Part shown: positions 37,662 through 47,811 of the stretch, in pieces | Layout: each line of letters starts with the position of its first letter | Numbering within the stretch: the first letter of the stretch is position 1 | Virus record (IMG/VR): IMGVR_UViG_3300020122_000568 | Location: 1-63,546 of that record | Length of the DNA: 63,546 nt | Origin: a virus | Lineage: Duplodnaviria > Caudoviricetes | Strand: one strand, 5' to 3' | Position numbers and translations under genes: made by a program | Notes under the pieces: model-generated | The model's database searches: none | Seen by the model: only the letters and a program-made list of their open reading frames with translations | What the model was told of the DNA's origin: nothing

Positions 37662-38147
37662 TTACGTGGTGCCGAGCGCGCCCTGAGTGATCTGCGCAGC
37701 GAAGACGAGACCGAAGAATCCGCCCGGAATCGCGGTGGTGTTTGCGACCTCGGATCCGCCCGTGCCGTTGGCACCAGTGAACAGCTTCACCAGCACCAGG
37801 TTATTGGTCGACGCGGCGCTGATGGGCGTGACCGAGCCTCCGGTGGTCAGCGCGATCGACGCATTGTCGACGTCCCACGTGTTGGTGCCGTCGTAGTAGT
37901 CGCCGAACGCGCGCGCCCACAGGACGTTGATCGCGGTGACGCCCTGGCGCGATCCGTAGCCGGTCGTCTGCGCCGTCGTTCCCGTGAAGGCCTGGCAGAG
38001 GTCGACGTTGGCACCGCCGGTGGCGTACGTGCCGGTCACTTGGACGGCGACGCGGAAGAGGTGCAGCGGAGCGTTGGTTGGCGAAGCGAAGCCCTGGTAC
38101 GGTCCCTTGACTTCGTCGAGAACGAAGCCCGAATAGGTCACGGCCAT
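37662..38147 (-). CDS. Putative virion structural protein
   Basis: Thr/Gly-rich beta protein in head module. Confidence 0.6.
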   Translation of the reverse strand: MAVTYSGFVLDEVKGPYQGFASPTNAPLHLFRVAVQVTGTYATGGANVDLCQAFTGTTAQTTGYGSRQGVTAINVLWARAFGDYYDGTNTWDVDNASIALTTGGSVTPISAASTNNLVLVKLFTGANGTGGSEVANTTAIPGGFFGLVFAAQITQGALGTT

Positions 38148-38217
38148 GTGAATCGTCCTTTCATGTTGGCCAGGTCGAAGCCGTGGCCCATTGGCGAAAC
38201 TCGGATGATGAGACGAA

Positions 38218-38646
38218 CTAGAAGTACAAGCCGCCGGTGCTGTTCAGGCGGGTGACAGTCACGCCGGCGGTGTAGATCGCCCCAGCGCCACCGGCGGTGT
38301 TGCCGACGCAGATAACGACCGCTGCGCCGCCAACGGGGATGAGCAATCGAAATTGCTGCGCGGTGCCGCCGCTTGTTGCCGGCAGTGACGTCAGCGGGCC
38401 ATAGGTCGTGCCGCCGGTGACCGGGTTACCTGAGCCGCCAACGTTCACGAGGATATTGGCGGTGTTGGTATCGGGCGTTCCGGTCTGCCCGGTGATGACG
38501 CTGACGAAGAACATCGTCGGGGTCGAGTTACCAGCTGCCAGCGTGCCGAGGCTGACGATCACCGTATTCGCCGCCGGTGCAGCGGCCGTGGCTCCAGCCG
38601 TAATGAGCGACTGAACTCCGAGCGTATTGGCAATCGTCAGGGCCAT
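38218..38646 (-). CDS. Putative virion structural protein
   Basis: Thr/Gly/Ala-rich. Confidence 0.6.
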   Translation of the reverse strand: MALTIANTLGVQSLITAGATAAAPAANTVIVSLGTLAAGNSTPTMFFVSVITGQTGTPDTNTANILVNVGGSGNPVTGGTTYGPLTSLPATSGGTAQQFRLLIPVGGAAVVICVGNTAGGAGAIYTAGVTVTRLNSTGGLYF

Positions 38647-38659
38647 TGGCTATTCGTCC

Positions 38660-39133
38660 TCAGTATCCGAGCGACTTGACTGCCGCGTCGGCGTCGTCGT
38701 TCCACTGCATTTTTCCGTCGGCCTTCTTGCGTGCGCTTGCGATGCAGTCGTAGGCGTCCTTCTTGGCCCAGCCGAGCGCACGCAGCCAGAAGTAGACCGT
38801 CGAAGGGGCGCGGTTTTTACCCTCTTGGCAGTGCACGAGAATCTTCGTTCCCGGGCGCGCGAGAGCTCCCATGATGAAATCGTACGAAGATTGAAACCAC
38901 TCGGGCGGCTTCGGGTCGTCGCTCGCGTCGTCGTCGGGCGTCGGGTTGGACGCGTAGGACATGCCGGCCTTCTGCACCCACCCGTCCTCGCCGTCCATTT
39001 CGTCGCCGCCTTCGGAGTGGCGGAGATTGAGCACGTGCGTGAAGCCGTCGGCGGCGATCTTGCGCGCGTCGTAGAGACTCGTCAGTTCGGCGCCCACGGC
39101 AAGTCGCCGAGTCACCCAGCTGTAGTCGGGCAA
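38660..39133 (-). CDS. Dual-specificity protein phosphatase (CX5R)
   Basis: GFTHVLNLR..ILVHCQEGKNRAPS. Confidence 0.9.
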   Translation of the reverse strand: MPDYSWVTRRLAVGAELTSLYDARKIAADGFTHVLNLRHSEGGDEMDGEDGWVQKAGMSYASNPTPDDDASDDPKPPEWFQSSYDFIMGALARPGTKILVHCQEGKNRAPSTVYFWLRALGWAKKDAYDCIASARKKADGKMQWNDDADAAVKSLGY

Positions 39134-39144
39134 GATGAACTCCT

Positions 39145-40836
39145 CTACGGCTTGGGCGCGCCGACTCGCTGCGCCTGCTTGGGCTTGGCGAGGCGATTGG
39201 TAGCCGGCGTCGGCGGCTTACCGTTCGGTGGCGTTCCGGTCTGGTCTCCTGATTGCGCGACTGCGGCCATTGCCTGCGCGGTCTGGACTGCGTCCTGCTG
39301 CGCCTGCTGCTTCTCGTCGTCGATCGTATCGAGCTCCGCGCCCACGTCGGTGATCGAGAACAAGTCGGCCACCAACTGCGTGGCCTTCTGACGCGAGACC
39401 AGTCCTTCCTTCTTCGCCGCCGCGGCCGATTGCACGAGCGTGCTCACCTCGTCCGACTGGGGCGAGAAGAAGCGACCCCACTGCAGGCGAACCGGGAACT
39501 CCAGCCATGGGCCGCCGAGTTGCGCCGTCATCATGAGCTTGACGGCCTTCGACACGCCTTGGATGAACACGTCTTCGCCACGCGTCTTGACGGTGCAGAT
39601 CATCCGCAGCGCGAGGTTGATGACGTCGCCGAAAGCGTCGTCGCCGAGGTCCTTTCGCAGGTCCGAGGCCAGCGCGATCATCGGCGCGTGCAGATACTCA
39701 AGCACGACGCCCGAGATGTTGCGTCCCTTGACGGCGTCAGCGTCGGCAATGACGATGCGAACCGCTTCGCAGAAGCGCTTGTGCAGGTCGGAGGTCAATT
39801 CCGATGCCGACACTGCTCCCGAGCCTTCGGCTTCGATCAACTTGATGTCGGCGGGCTTGTCCTTGCCCTCATCCTCGATATCCCAGATCTTGGCGGTCGA
39901 CTTCTGCAGCGCCTGCCGATCTCCGACCGGAACGTTCTTGCGAACCCACTGCGGATCGAGGTTGTACTCGACGCTGCGGCCGCGGAGGCTGTAGACGTAA
40001 TTCACTCGGTCGAGCAGTCGGTAGAGCGCAGGATCGATGACCGGTACGCCGTCAATCGCATCGCTCGACATCGGCAGCGTGCGCACCCAGACGACGGGAC
40101 AATACCCGAGCGCGTGATTCACCGATTGGCTGGAGTCGACGGTCCAGATCGGCGGCTGTCCGGTGACCCTGACCGGCTGATAGACGGTGTCGTTCTGCTC
40201 GTCGATGACGCGCCGGAACCAATAGTCGACGCTGCGCACCTGCGCCGTGCCTGGGATCTGCTCCTCGCGCGGGAACTTGTAGCAGATGTCGAGCGACTGC
40301 AGCTTCGACGGGTCATCGGGTGACCACGACGGGGTGCAATGCTTGCCCGGCTCGACCGAGTAGCGCAGTTTGCCGGCTTTGAAGCACAGCAGCACCGCGC
40401 AACTGCTCGTTACGAGCGCCTTGCGGCTGTATTCTCCGACCGCGCGATCGAGCTTCGCGGAGCGCACGACCTCCTGCACGAACGTCGTCAGCGCGGTCGC
40501 GTCGTCATCCCACAGGCGTGGTCCGATCTCATCCGCGTCATCGTCGTCATCGGTGCGGGTCGCTGCGATCGTGACCCTCGGGAAGCGCGCACCGCCCCAA
40601 ACGAAGGAGTGGATCGTCTCGATCGCCGTCTTGAAGAGCGGGATGATCTCGCGCGGCTTGCGACGATTGAGGGCGACCTCAGTTTCCCAACTCGCCTTGC
40701 CTTCGTACTGGAGAGAGTCGTAATAGAGCTCGGCGGTGTTGGCGCAGCTGAAACGCGCCGTCTGTCCTCCGACGATCGCCGGCTGTTGGACGAGGTCACG
40801 CGGCGGCGTGTCGAACTTCGGGGACGTCTGAGGCAT
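39145..40836 (-). CDS. Portal protein
   Basis: 563 aa between terminase and head genes; HALGYCPVVWV, ISGVVLEYL. Confidence 0.8.
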   Translation of the reverse strand: MPQTSPKFDTPPRDLVQQPAIVGGQTARFSCANTAELYYDSLQYEGKASWETEVALNRRKPREIIPLFKTAIETIHSFVWGGARFPRVTIAATRTDDDDDADEIGPRLWDDDATALTTFVQEVVRSAKLDRAVGEYSRKALVTSSCAVLLCFKAGKLRYSVEPGKHCTPSWSPDDPSKLQSLDICYKFPREEQIPGTAQVRSVDYWFRRVIDEQNDTVYQPVRVTGQPPIWTVDSSQSVNHALGYCPVVWVRTLPMSSDAIDGVPVIDPALYRLLDRVNYVYSLRGRSVEYNLDPQWVRKNVPVGDRQALQKSTAKIWDIEDEGKDKPADIKLIEAEGSGAVSASELTSDLHKRFCEAVRIVIADADAVKGRNISGVVLEYLHAPMIALASDLRKDLGDDAFGDVINLALRMICTVKTRGEDVFIQGVSKAVKLMMTAQLGGPWLEFPVRLQWGRFFSPQSDEVSTLVQSAAAAKKEGLVSRQKATQLVADLFSITDVGAELDTIDDEKQQAQQDAVQTAQAMAAVAQSGDQTGTPPNGKPPTPATNRLAKPKQAQRVGAPKP

Positions 40837-40845
40837 TGACCACCG

Positions 40846-41250
40846 CTATGCGCCGACGGCGAAGTTGAGCGTGATGAGCGACGTCGGCACGACCTCATCC
40901 TTGAGGCCAGCGCCCGACGTGATGAAGACGTCGTAGAAGTACATGCTGGCCGTCGCGTAGAGCAGGTTCGACTGGCCGAACGTGAGCGTGAACGTGCCCT
41001 GCCCCTGTGTTGGGTTGGTCAGCGAGAGCGTCAGCGCCAGTGCGACCGGCATGCTGCTGTTGCTCTGCGCCACCTTCCACCGCATCAGGCCGCTGTACCC
41101 GGTCAGGTTGATCGCGGTGCCGTTCTGCCCGGTCACCGTCAGCGGAAACGTGATGTCTTCACCGGCGGGAAACGTCTTGTCCTGGCGCGTGGGGACACTG
41201 GTGCCGACGGTGCCGTCCATGACGACGCCGCTGAGTGCGAACTGCGCCAT
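40846..41250 (-). CDS. BppU-like beta-sandwich structural protein
   Basis: GTAINLTGYS..GQGTFTLT..YFYDVFI. Confidence 0.6.
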   Translation of the reverse strand: MAQFALSGVVMDGTVGTSVPTRQDKTFPAGEDITFPLTVTGQNGTAINLTGYSGLMRWKVAQSNSSMPVALALTLSLTNPTQGQGTFTLTFGQSNLLYATASMYFYDVFITSGAGLKDEVVPTSLITLNFAVGA

Positions 41251-41311
41251 GCGGGCTCCAGTGCTGCGTCAAGTTACGAATCAGGTCGAGCGCGAGGGGT
41301 TTTCGTAACGG

Positions 41312-41668
41312 CTACGACGCCGCGAGAAACACTGCCGGACGCGTCCAGCCGACGACCTGCCCGCGCAGCACCCAGCGCGGCTTGATGCCCTTCTCGGGGG
41401 TAATCCCCAGAGGATCACCAAAGACGTGGACGCGAAACACGACGGTCAGTTCGCGGGTCGACTTCCGCAGCTTCTCGCGCACCAGCACCGGTTCGCGCAC
41501 GCCGATGCGTAGGCCAACTTCTTCGTAGACCTCACGCACGAGCGCATCGATCATCGACTCGCGTGGCTTGACGCGGCCGCCGATGAGACGTGGCCCCTTG
41601 GGCGTGGCGTTGACGAGCACTTCGTCGCCGCGCTGGATGATGGCGCGAACGACGACGCGGGTGCGCAT
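41312..41668 (-). CDS. Nudix hydrolase
   Basis: GGRVKPRESMIDALVREVYEEVG Nudix box. Confidence 0.9.
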   Translation of the reverse strand: MRTRVVVRAIIQRGDEVLVNATPKGPRLIGGRVKPRESMIDALVREVYEEVGLRIGVREPVLVREKLRKSTRELTVVFRVHVFGDPLGITPEKGIKPRWVLRGQVVGWTRPAVFLAAS

Positions 41669-41672
41669 GGAC

Positions 41673-41924
41673 TCATCCCTTGATCTGCGGACCGACGCCG
41701 GCGGGCACGATTTCGATCTGTGACCCGCCGCTTTTGACGATCTCCTGCATGCGTTTCTCGCGCAGGTTCTCGACGATCTGCGCCAGCAGTTGGAGTGCCT
41801 GCGTGGTCGGCAACTGCGTCTCGAGGTTGATCACGCCGCCGGCCAGTTGAAATACGCCCAGCAGGAGAATCGGCTGGGGCGGCGTCGCGAACTGCTTCGG
41901 AGGCGTCCCGTTATTGTCACCCAT
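41673..41924 (-). CDS. Hypothetical protein
   Basis: Operon ORF. Confidence 0.55.
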   Translation of the reverse strand: MGDNNGTPPKQFATPPQPILLLGVFQLAGGVINLETQLPTTQALQLLAQIVENLREKRMQEIVKSGGSQIEIVPAGVGPQIKG

Positions 41925-42168
41925 ACAGTAACTCTGCGCCTCGACGCGACCGCCGGCTACTTCTTGAAGCGCCCGACGCGCTGGTCGAAGCAAGGGCCAC
42001 ACAGTTCGTTGCCTTGCAGGGGCCTCGTGCAGCCGTTGCAGTACCACTGCGTGGCGTCCTGAGCGCTTGCGACTTCTTGTGCGCCAGCGGCACCGCCGAC
42101 GATGGTCACGGCGAGTAGGTCGCGGATCTCGCGGAGCAGTTCGATGGCTCGCTCGTCGGCGATGGCGC

Positions 42169-42495
42169 TCACGGCAGCGTTGCTCCCAGCGCAGCTGCGC
42201 TCGTCGCGAACACGCGCACCACCCTATCGTCCTTCACGGTCGGCGCGGCCGGCTTCGACACGAACACCGCCCACGAGCCGCCGAGCGGCGTGGCCTGGTG
42301 AAGCACGTACCCCTTGGCGACCACGGCGGCGGTGAACGCGTCACGGTCGGCGTCGAGGATGACCGCCTTGTTCACCAACGGCGATCCTGGGATATGGCGA
42401 TGGAGAGTGGCGAATTCATCGCGGCGCGCGGGCCACGACGTCGTGTCTCCACAGTCGTCGACCCAGGCGCCGCACTTGTCGCAGGCGGCGCGCAT
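42169..42495 (-). CDS. Hypothetical protein
   Basis: Operon ORF with CxxC. Confidence 0.5.
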   Translation of the reverse strand: MRAACDKCGAWVDDCGDTTSWPARRDEFATLHRHIPGSPLVNKAVILDADRDAFTAAVVAKGYVLHQATPLGGSWAVFVSKPAAPTVKDDRVVRVFATSAAALGATLP

Positions 42496-42496
42496 C

Positions 42497-43039
42497 TCAC
42501 GCTGCTCCGCCCATCGGACGCATCGAGGCGTGCGCCCACTTCTTGGCCTTCGCCTCGATCAACTGGCGCTTGATCGGCTTGGCGTGATCGATCAGTAGCT
42601 TTCCGTCGAGGTGGTCGACCTCATGCAGCACTGCGCGCGCCAGCATACCGTCGCAGTCCATGCGCGCGCCGCGGCCGTTGAGTTGCGTGAAGCGAATGGC
42701 GCATGTCGTCGCTCGCGTGACCTCGACGCGCACGCCGGGGAAGGACAGACAGCCCTCGGCCTCGGTGGCCATCTCGTCCCCCAGCGCCTCGACGAAGGGG
42801 TTGATGAGCGCGATCGGCTGATGCTTGCCATCTTCTCCGCCGACGACGCGCGGGCTGAGCACGAAGACGCGGACGTTGGCGCCGATCTGCGGGCCAGCGA
42901 CGCCGAAGGCTCGAAAGGCGCGCAGCGTATCTTCGAGGTCGATGATCAGAGCGAACGTTTTCTCGTCGAGGGTCGTCACGTCGGTGGACGCTTCACGCAG
43001 ACTCGAAGCGGGATAGAGGACAATCGGCTGAACGGCCAT
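42497..43039 (-). CDS. def: Peptide deformylase
   Basis: GVAGPQIG, EGCLS, HEVDHLDG motifs; TGATG coupling to terL. Confidence 0.93.
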   Translation of the reverse strand: MAVQPIVLYPASSLREASTDVTTLDEKTFALIIDLEDTLRAFRAFGVAGPQIGANVRVFVLSPRVVGGEDGKHQPIALINPFVEALGDEMATEAEGCLSFPGVRVEVTRATTCAIRFTQLNGRGARMDCDGMLARAVLHEVDHLDGKLLIDHAKPIKRQLIEAKAKKWAHASMRPMGGAA

Positions 43040-44568
43040 CAGCGAAATCCCTCCAAGTTCGTATTGCGTTTCTCTTCCTCGGCGCGCTCCCAATACTCAT
43101 CAGACGTCGGCGCATCAAACGTCGCTGAAGTGCCCATCGTCGGGCGGTTGAAGACGGCGAGCGCGAGCGCATCGGCGCGGTCCGGCGAGCGTCCCAGTCG
43201 CTCCCTGAGGTCGTCCTTGCTCTCGACCTTGATGCGGCCGCGGAGGTCGAAACCGTAGATGGGCGCCACGAGCTCGGCGGCGAGCTTTTCGTCGCGCGGG
43301 ATAGCGCCGCCGGCCTTGAGCCAGTCGCGCAGCGCGAACCAAAGCTGGTCGCGGAGCCGAGCGTACGTGTCTCCGGTGGACGCCTCACCGGCGTTGACCT
43401 CGACGACTTCGAGTTCGCGGTCGTCCTTGAGCACATCGACCGCGCCGCCGCCAACGCCTGCACCGTCGACCTTCACCAGCGGTCGCTCAGCAGGAACGTC
43501 CATGCCGTCGCCGGCGATGCGTAGGTCGCGCGCGATGCGCTTCACTTCGCCGCACAGGCGCAACGTATCAGCTCCGCGCAAGATGGTCGGCGCCATCGCC
43601 TTGTGACCACGCCGCGGCCAGATGACGGATTCGTCATCGCCGAAGCGCGCCACGTCGACGCCGATTTCGAGTCGGCCATCTTCGTGGGTGTCGTCGTAGC
43701 GAGCGAGTGCTGCCTCGACCAGCGCGAGACCGATGACGGCATTCTCAGCCTGCGATGGGAATTCGCCGAGCACGTGAACCTGCCAGAACGGCGATTCCTC
43801 GCCCCACTCCTGGCGCATCTCCTCGATCCACTCGCGCGTGGCGAGCCCGGGAATGACGTCTCTCCCTTCGATGTAGTTCGGTGTCTCCATCGACGAGACG
43901 TGGAACAGCTTCCAAAACTGCCGCTTGGTGGTGAACGCGTCGTAGAAGGTGCCGCTGGTCTTGGTCGGGTTGCCGAGCACGAGAAGCGAAGCGCCGCCGG
44001 CGCGGTTGCCTTCGATGGCCGCGAAGATTTCCTCTTCGACGCCCGAGCCTTCGTCGACGATGAACAAGACGTCGGCACCCGAGATGCCGGCCATGCGCTC
44101 GGGCTCGTTCGTCGAGAACCCCATCATCTCGCGACCGTCGAGGTAGACCAAGCCGCTTGCGGGAGACTCGTGGATCTCGCCGCCGAGCACCTTCTCGCCG
44201 CCAGCCTCGCGATAGATGCGACGCGCCTCGCGCCAGAGGATGATCTCGACCTGGCGGGCGGTGGGCGCCGTCATGATCACGCGCCCGCGCTTTTTCGTGC
44301 CCACCCACCACAGCCCGACGGCGGCGGCAAGCGTGGACTTTCCGATCTTGCGACCTGAGCGCACGGCCACGCGCTTGTGCACGGCGATGGCGCGCATGAT
44401 CTCGGCCTGCCGCGCCCACGGCGTGAGGTTCAGGGCCTTTTGGACGTATTCGACCGGATCATTGCCGTCTCGCGGTGCCTGGACGGCTTGGTCGTGCTCG
44501 GCGGCACGGCGTTCTCCCTGCTTGGCGGCGCGAAGGCTACCCCTCAACTCCTTCGCTACCGAGGTCAT
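43039..44568 (-). CDS. terL: Terminase large subunit
   Basis: SGRKIGKST Walker A, FIVDEG Walker B, GNPT, GVDVARFGDD, SPDRADAL. Confidence 0.95.
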   Translation of the reverse strand: MTSVAKELRGSLRAAKQGERRAAEHDQAVQAPRDGNDPVEYVQKALNLTPWARQAEIMRAIAVHKRVAVRSGRKIGKSTLAAAVGLWWVGTKKRGRVIMTAPTARQVEIILWREARRIYREAGGEKVLGGEIHESPASGLVYLDGREMMGFSTNEPERMAGISGADVLFIVDEGSGVEEEIFAAIEGNRAGGASLLVLGNPTKTSGTFYDAFTTKRQFWKLFHVSSMETPNYIEGRDVIPGLATREWIEEMRQEWGEESPFWQVHVLGEFPSQAENAVIGLALVEAALARYDDTHEDGRLEIGVDVARFGDDESVIWPRRGHKAMAPTILRGADTLRLCGEVKRIARDLRIAGDGMDVPAERPLVKVDGAGVGGGAVDVLKDDRELEVVEVNAGEASTGDTYARLRDQLWFALRDWLKAGGAIPRDEKLAAELVAPIYGFDLRGRIKVESKDDLRERLGRSPDRADALALAVFNRPTMGTSATFDAPTSDEYWERAEEEKRNTNLEGFR

Positions 44569-44983
44569 CAGCGAGAATGGCGAGGACACGTTCGAACTCC
44601 TCCGCGCTCAGGCCCGCCTTCAGCCGCACCATCGCGTCGCGCAACTCGCTGCGGACCTTGGCCTCGACGCGCACGGTGTGGCCGTAGCGCTCGGGGAAGC
44701 GGCGCTCGAGCAGCCAGGCGGCGGCGGTCCAGTGGCGCGGCTTCTGGGAAGCGCTGCGGATCTTCTCCAGCGCCTCCGTCTCCACCTGCGCGTTGGCAAG
44801 CTCGAGGGCGTCGAAGAACTCGGCGTAGGGCTGCTCGCCGGCGCGGCCGCGCTTGATCCAGTGGTAGACGGTGGACTCGTCGAGGTTGCAGGCGGCCGCG
44901 GCCGTCTTCAACCAGTGGCCTTCCGCCACCAGCTTGCAGAACTTGTCGCGCAGCGTCGGCGTGAGGTCGGACGGGCGACCCAT
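44537..44983 (-). CDS. terS: Terminase small subunit
   Basis: MGRPSDLT HTH, AAAWLLERRFPERYG; upstream of terL. Confidence 0.8.
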   Translation of the reverse strand: MGRPSDLTPTLRDKFCKLVAEGHWLKTAAAACNLDESTVYHWIKRGRAGEQPYAEFFDALELANAQVETEALEKIRSASQKPRHWTAAAWLLERRFPERYGHTVRVEAKVRSELRDAMVRLKAGLSAEEFERVLAILADDLGSEGVEG

Positions 44984-45339
44984 CAGTCGCTCCGGTGTTG
45001 CATCGCCATCGCCAGCATGCCGGCCATCTCGATCTGAGCCGACAGCCGGTGCAGGTGCGCAACCGCAGCGCTCACGGCGCGCGCGCCGTCGCCCGTCAGG
45101 CCGCTACAGGCCTTCAGGAGCGCGCGGATGATGACCGTGGTGTCGTCGGGCTCGCCAGGGGCGTCCAGGCGCACGCGCAGCGCCTCACAGGCCATCGCGA
45201 ACGCGGCGGGCGCGACCGTGTACTCCTTGCCTCCCGACTTGAAGCTGAAGCCGTCGAGGTCTTCCCACCCTTCCGCGAGTTGCGCGAGGGTTGCCCCGAT
45301 GACGGCGCGCGCGGCGGCGCTGATGACCGGTTCGCTCAT
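44983..45339 (-). CDS. Hypothetical protein
   Basis: Coupled ORF. Confidence 0.55.
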   Translation of the reverse strand: MSEPVISAAARAVIGATLAQLAEGWEDLDGFSFKSGGKEYTVAPAAFAMACEALRVRLDAPGEPDDTTVIIRALLKACSGLTGDGARAVSAAVAHLHRLSAQIEMAGMLAMAMQHRSD

Positions 45340-45938
45340 CGCCTGGACTCCAGCGTCGGTTTCCGCGGCGCACTCTTCAGCGCGTTCCGCAGTTCGAGCA
45401 GCGTCATTCCCAGAGCCCGTGCGCGTTCCTCGTCGACGAACCACGGCCGGTGACCGCACGAGCAGGCGATGTGCACGCCGAGGTTGCGCCAGTCGACGAA
45501 CACTACGCTGTGCCAGCCGTGGACGTCGCCGCACAGCACGTGCAGCGCTTCGCGCGCCGTCTGCGGTGGCAGATGGGGAGCGAGCATGGCGGACCTCGAT
45601 ATACTGAGTGGAGTTACTTCACGAGATGACGTACAGGCGGCGAACGCGCATTCCGAGCGGGAGCGAGCGATCAAGGGCGGCAACATCCGCCATGGTTCCA
45701 CGCGGCAAGAACGCGGTCTTCTTCTTGACCGTATCGATCGCCTGCTTGACCTTGTCGAGCGTCAGATTGCGAAGACATTCTGTCGCGAGGGACGCATTCG
45801 AGTACGTGGTCTCGTGGATCTCCCGCTGCGCAAGCGCCATCGCCGGCCCAGGTCGCCCCGGGGAAACAGCACAGTCGCGCGCGTGATCCGTATACGCCGC
45901 GCCGCAGTGGTCGCAGACCTCGACGTTTCCAACCCGGC

Positions 45939-46268
45939 TCATCGGTACGGCCCCGCCGGCTGCGCGCCGTTCGCCTCGATCGTCCACGCCCATCGCCACA
46001 TGCGGCGCCGGCGCCAATTGCGCGCGCCGAAATAGACCATGCGAAGCCAGAAGAGCGGCGACTCCGCGTCGGCGTCCGTGGCGAAGGCGTCCATGTCCAC
46101 CAACTTGGCGATGGAGCCGCCTGCGATCAGCGCCGCGCCGATACCGCCGATGATGGCGAACGCCCGCTCCACGGCCAGCGGCGTGACGACCGCTTCGAAG
46201 CTCAGCAGCGACAGGTCGAACACGGCGAGGGCGTAGATGAAGACCCAGAGCGCGCGCAGCCACTTCAT
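45939..46268 (-). CDS. Membrane protein (2 TM)
   Basis: RBS AGGAG; hydrophobic segments. Confidence 0.6.
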   Translation of the reverse strand: MKWLRALWVFIYALAVFDLSLLSFEAVVTPLAVERAFAIIGGIGAALIAGGSIAKLVDMDAFATDADAESPLFWLRMVYFGARNWRRRRMWRWAWTIEANGAQPAGPYR

Positions 46269-46319
46269 GTTGCTTGCTCCTGGGCTCAGCCTACGTGCGC
46301 GCGATCGACGGCGCTACTT

Positions 46320-46964
46320 CTACGCGGCCAGCCGCTTCCGAATCTTGCGCAGCGCTCGGCTCTCGATTTGACGCACGCGCTCTCGCGACACGTCGTACGT
46401 CACGCCGATCTCGTTCAGCGTCTCACGGTCGTCGGCCAGAACGCGCCGCTGCACGACGTCGCGCTCGAAGTCGCTGAGGCCGACGAGGAAGCGCTCGACG
46501 TGATCGTGGCCGGCACACTGGCGCTCGGCGGCGACTTCATCCGGGAGCGGCCGCGTGTCCACCAGGCGGTCGAGGTACGTCTCGTCGTGGTCGCGCGGCT
46601 TGTCGTCGAGAGACGCGTCGCGCTTCGGCCACTTCTTGTCGCGCATGTTCGTGCGCACCACCGACGGCTGCTTGACCGCGTATACGCCCATCTGCGCGCG
46701 CACCCACAGGACGGCGTACGTGCCGAAGCGATGGCCGCGGTCGAGCTCGAACCGCTGCAGCGCAATCAGCAGGCCGACATTGCCCTCTTGGACCAGGTCC
46801 TCGAGCGGCAGGCCACGCGACGCCCAGCGCGAGGCGTGAAGCATCACCAGGCGCTGATTGCAGAGTACGAGGCGATCGCCGGCGCGCCGGTCACCGCCGC
46901 GGTACCGCACCAGCAGCTCGTGCTCCTCCTCGCGGCTCAGGATGGGGTGCTTGCAATTGCGCAT
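46320..46964 (-). CDS. Sigma-70 family sigma factor (putative late-gene sigma)
   Basis: DLVQEGNVGLL..RF..FGTYAVLWVR; [20 protein letters not shown]. Confidence 0.92.
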   Translation of the reverse strand: MRNCKHPILSREEEHELLVRYRGGDRRAGDRLVLCNQRLVMLHASRWASRGLPLEDLVQEGNVGLLIALQRFELDRGHRFGTYAVLWVRAQMGVYAVKQPSVVRTNMRDKKWPKRDASLDDKPRDHDETYLDRLVDTRPLPDEVAAERQCAGHDHVERFLVGLSDFERDVVQRRVLADDRETLNEIGVTYDVSRERVRQIESRALRKIRKRLAA

Positions 46965-47000
46965 TGCCCATCCTCCGTCCTCGCGCGCGCGGGCGCTACT

Positions 47001-47498
47001 TCAGTGCCCTCCCAGTGCGCGACACAGACGAAACCACGGCGGAACGTAGCAACGCCCGTCCATCGCCGTGCGCTCGCCGGCGCCTTCGCAGTCGCCGACC
47101 GCATCGGGATCATAGATCACAGCGCCCGCCGCATCGCGGCACGGCGGCACACAGTTGCCGGCGAGTTCGCATATGGTTGGGTCGTGGCACACGACGTTGC
47201 CGCTGCCGCAGCGCGGGCCGTCGCAGATGCCGTCGGTCGTGCAGATGAGGCCCGCGGCGCAGATGGGGCACACGAGGTTGCCCACGCACTCGGGCGCGTA
47301 GGTCACGTCGAGGTGGCAGTCGTTCTCGGGGTCGCAGGGGTAGCCGACGCCGCCCGCCGCCATGTCCGCCGGCGCGCCAGCATCGACGCCCGCGTCATCG
47401 CCGCCGGACGCCAGCGCCAGCAGCGACACGGCCTGCGCGTCAAGGCCAGCGGGAGCGCAGCCGGAGAGGACCAGCACGAGGACCGCGAACGACTTCAT
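47001..47498 (-). CDS. Cys-rich lipoprotein
   Basis: LVLSGC lipobox, DAGVDAG linker, many Cys. Confidence 0.7.
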   Translation of the reverse strand: MKSFAVLVLVLSGCAPAGLDAQAVSLLALASGGDDAGVDAGAPADMAAGGVGYPCDPENDCHLDVTYAPECVGNLVCPICAAGLICTTDGICDGPRCGSGNVVCHDPTICELAGNCVPPCRDAAGAVIYDPDAVGDCEGAGERTAMDGRCYVPPWFRLCRALGGH

Positions 47499-47811
47499 CG
47501 GCGCTCCGCAGCCTGCGCCGTCGGCTCGACGAGCCGCCAGTTGTTTTCGAACGCCGCGCGCGCGGCGGCCTTGCGCTCACGTGCGCTCAGCTTCCGCACG
47601 CCGAACACGTCGGCGTCTCGGCTCACCTTGTGGACGCGCCCGCACGTGCACGCGTTTCGGATTGGACCCGTCTGCGCGCTCAGGCGCTGGCCGACAGTCG
47701 AACACGCCATCGTCCCCTCCGATGCTTGCTGAAAATCGCTTTTAAATGGCTGGATCAACAGGATGTTTAGGCGACGGCAGCGGTCGCCGGTGACCTGTTA
47801 TCGTTCTGCTC

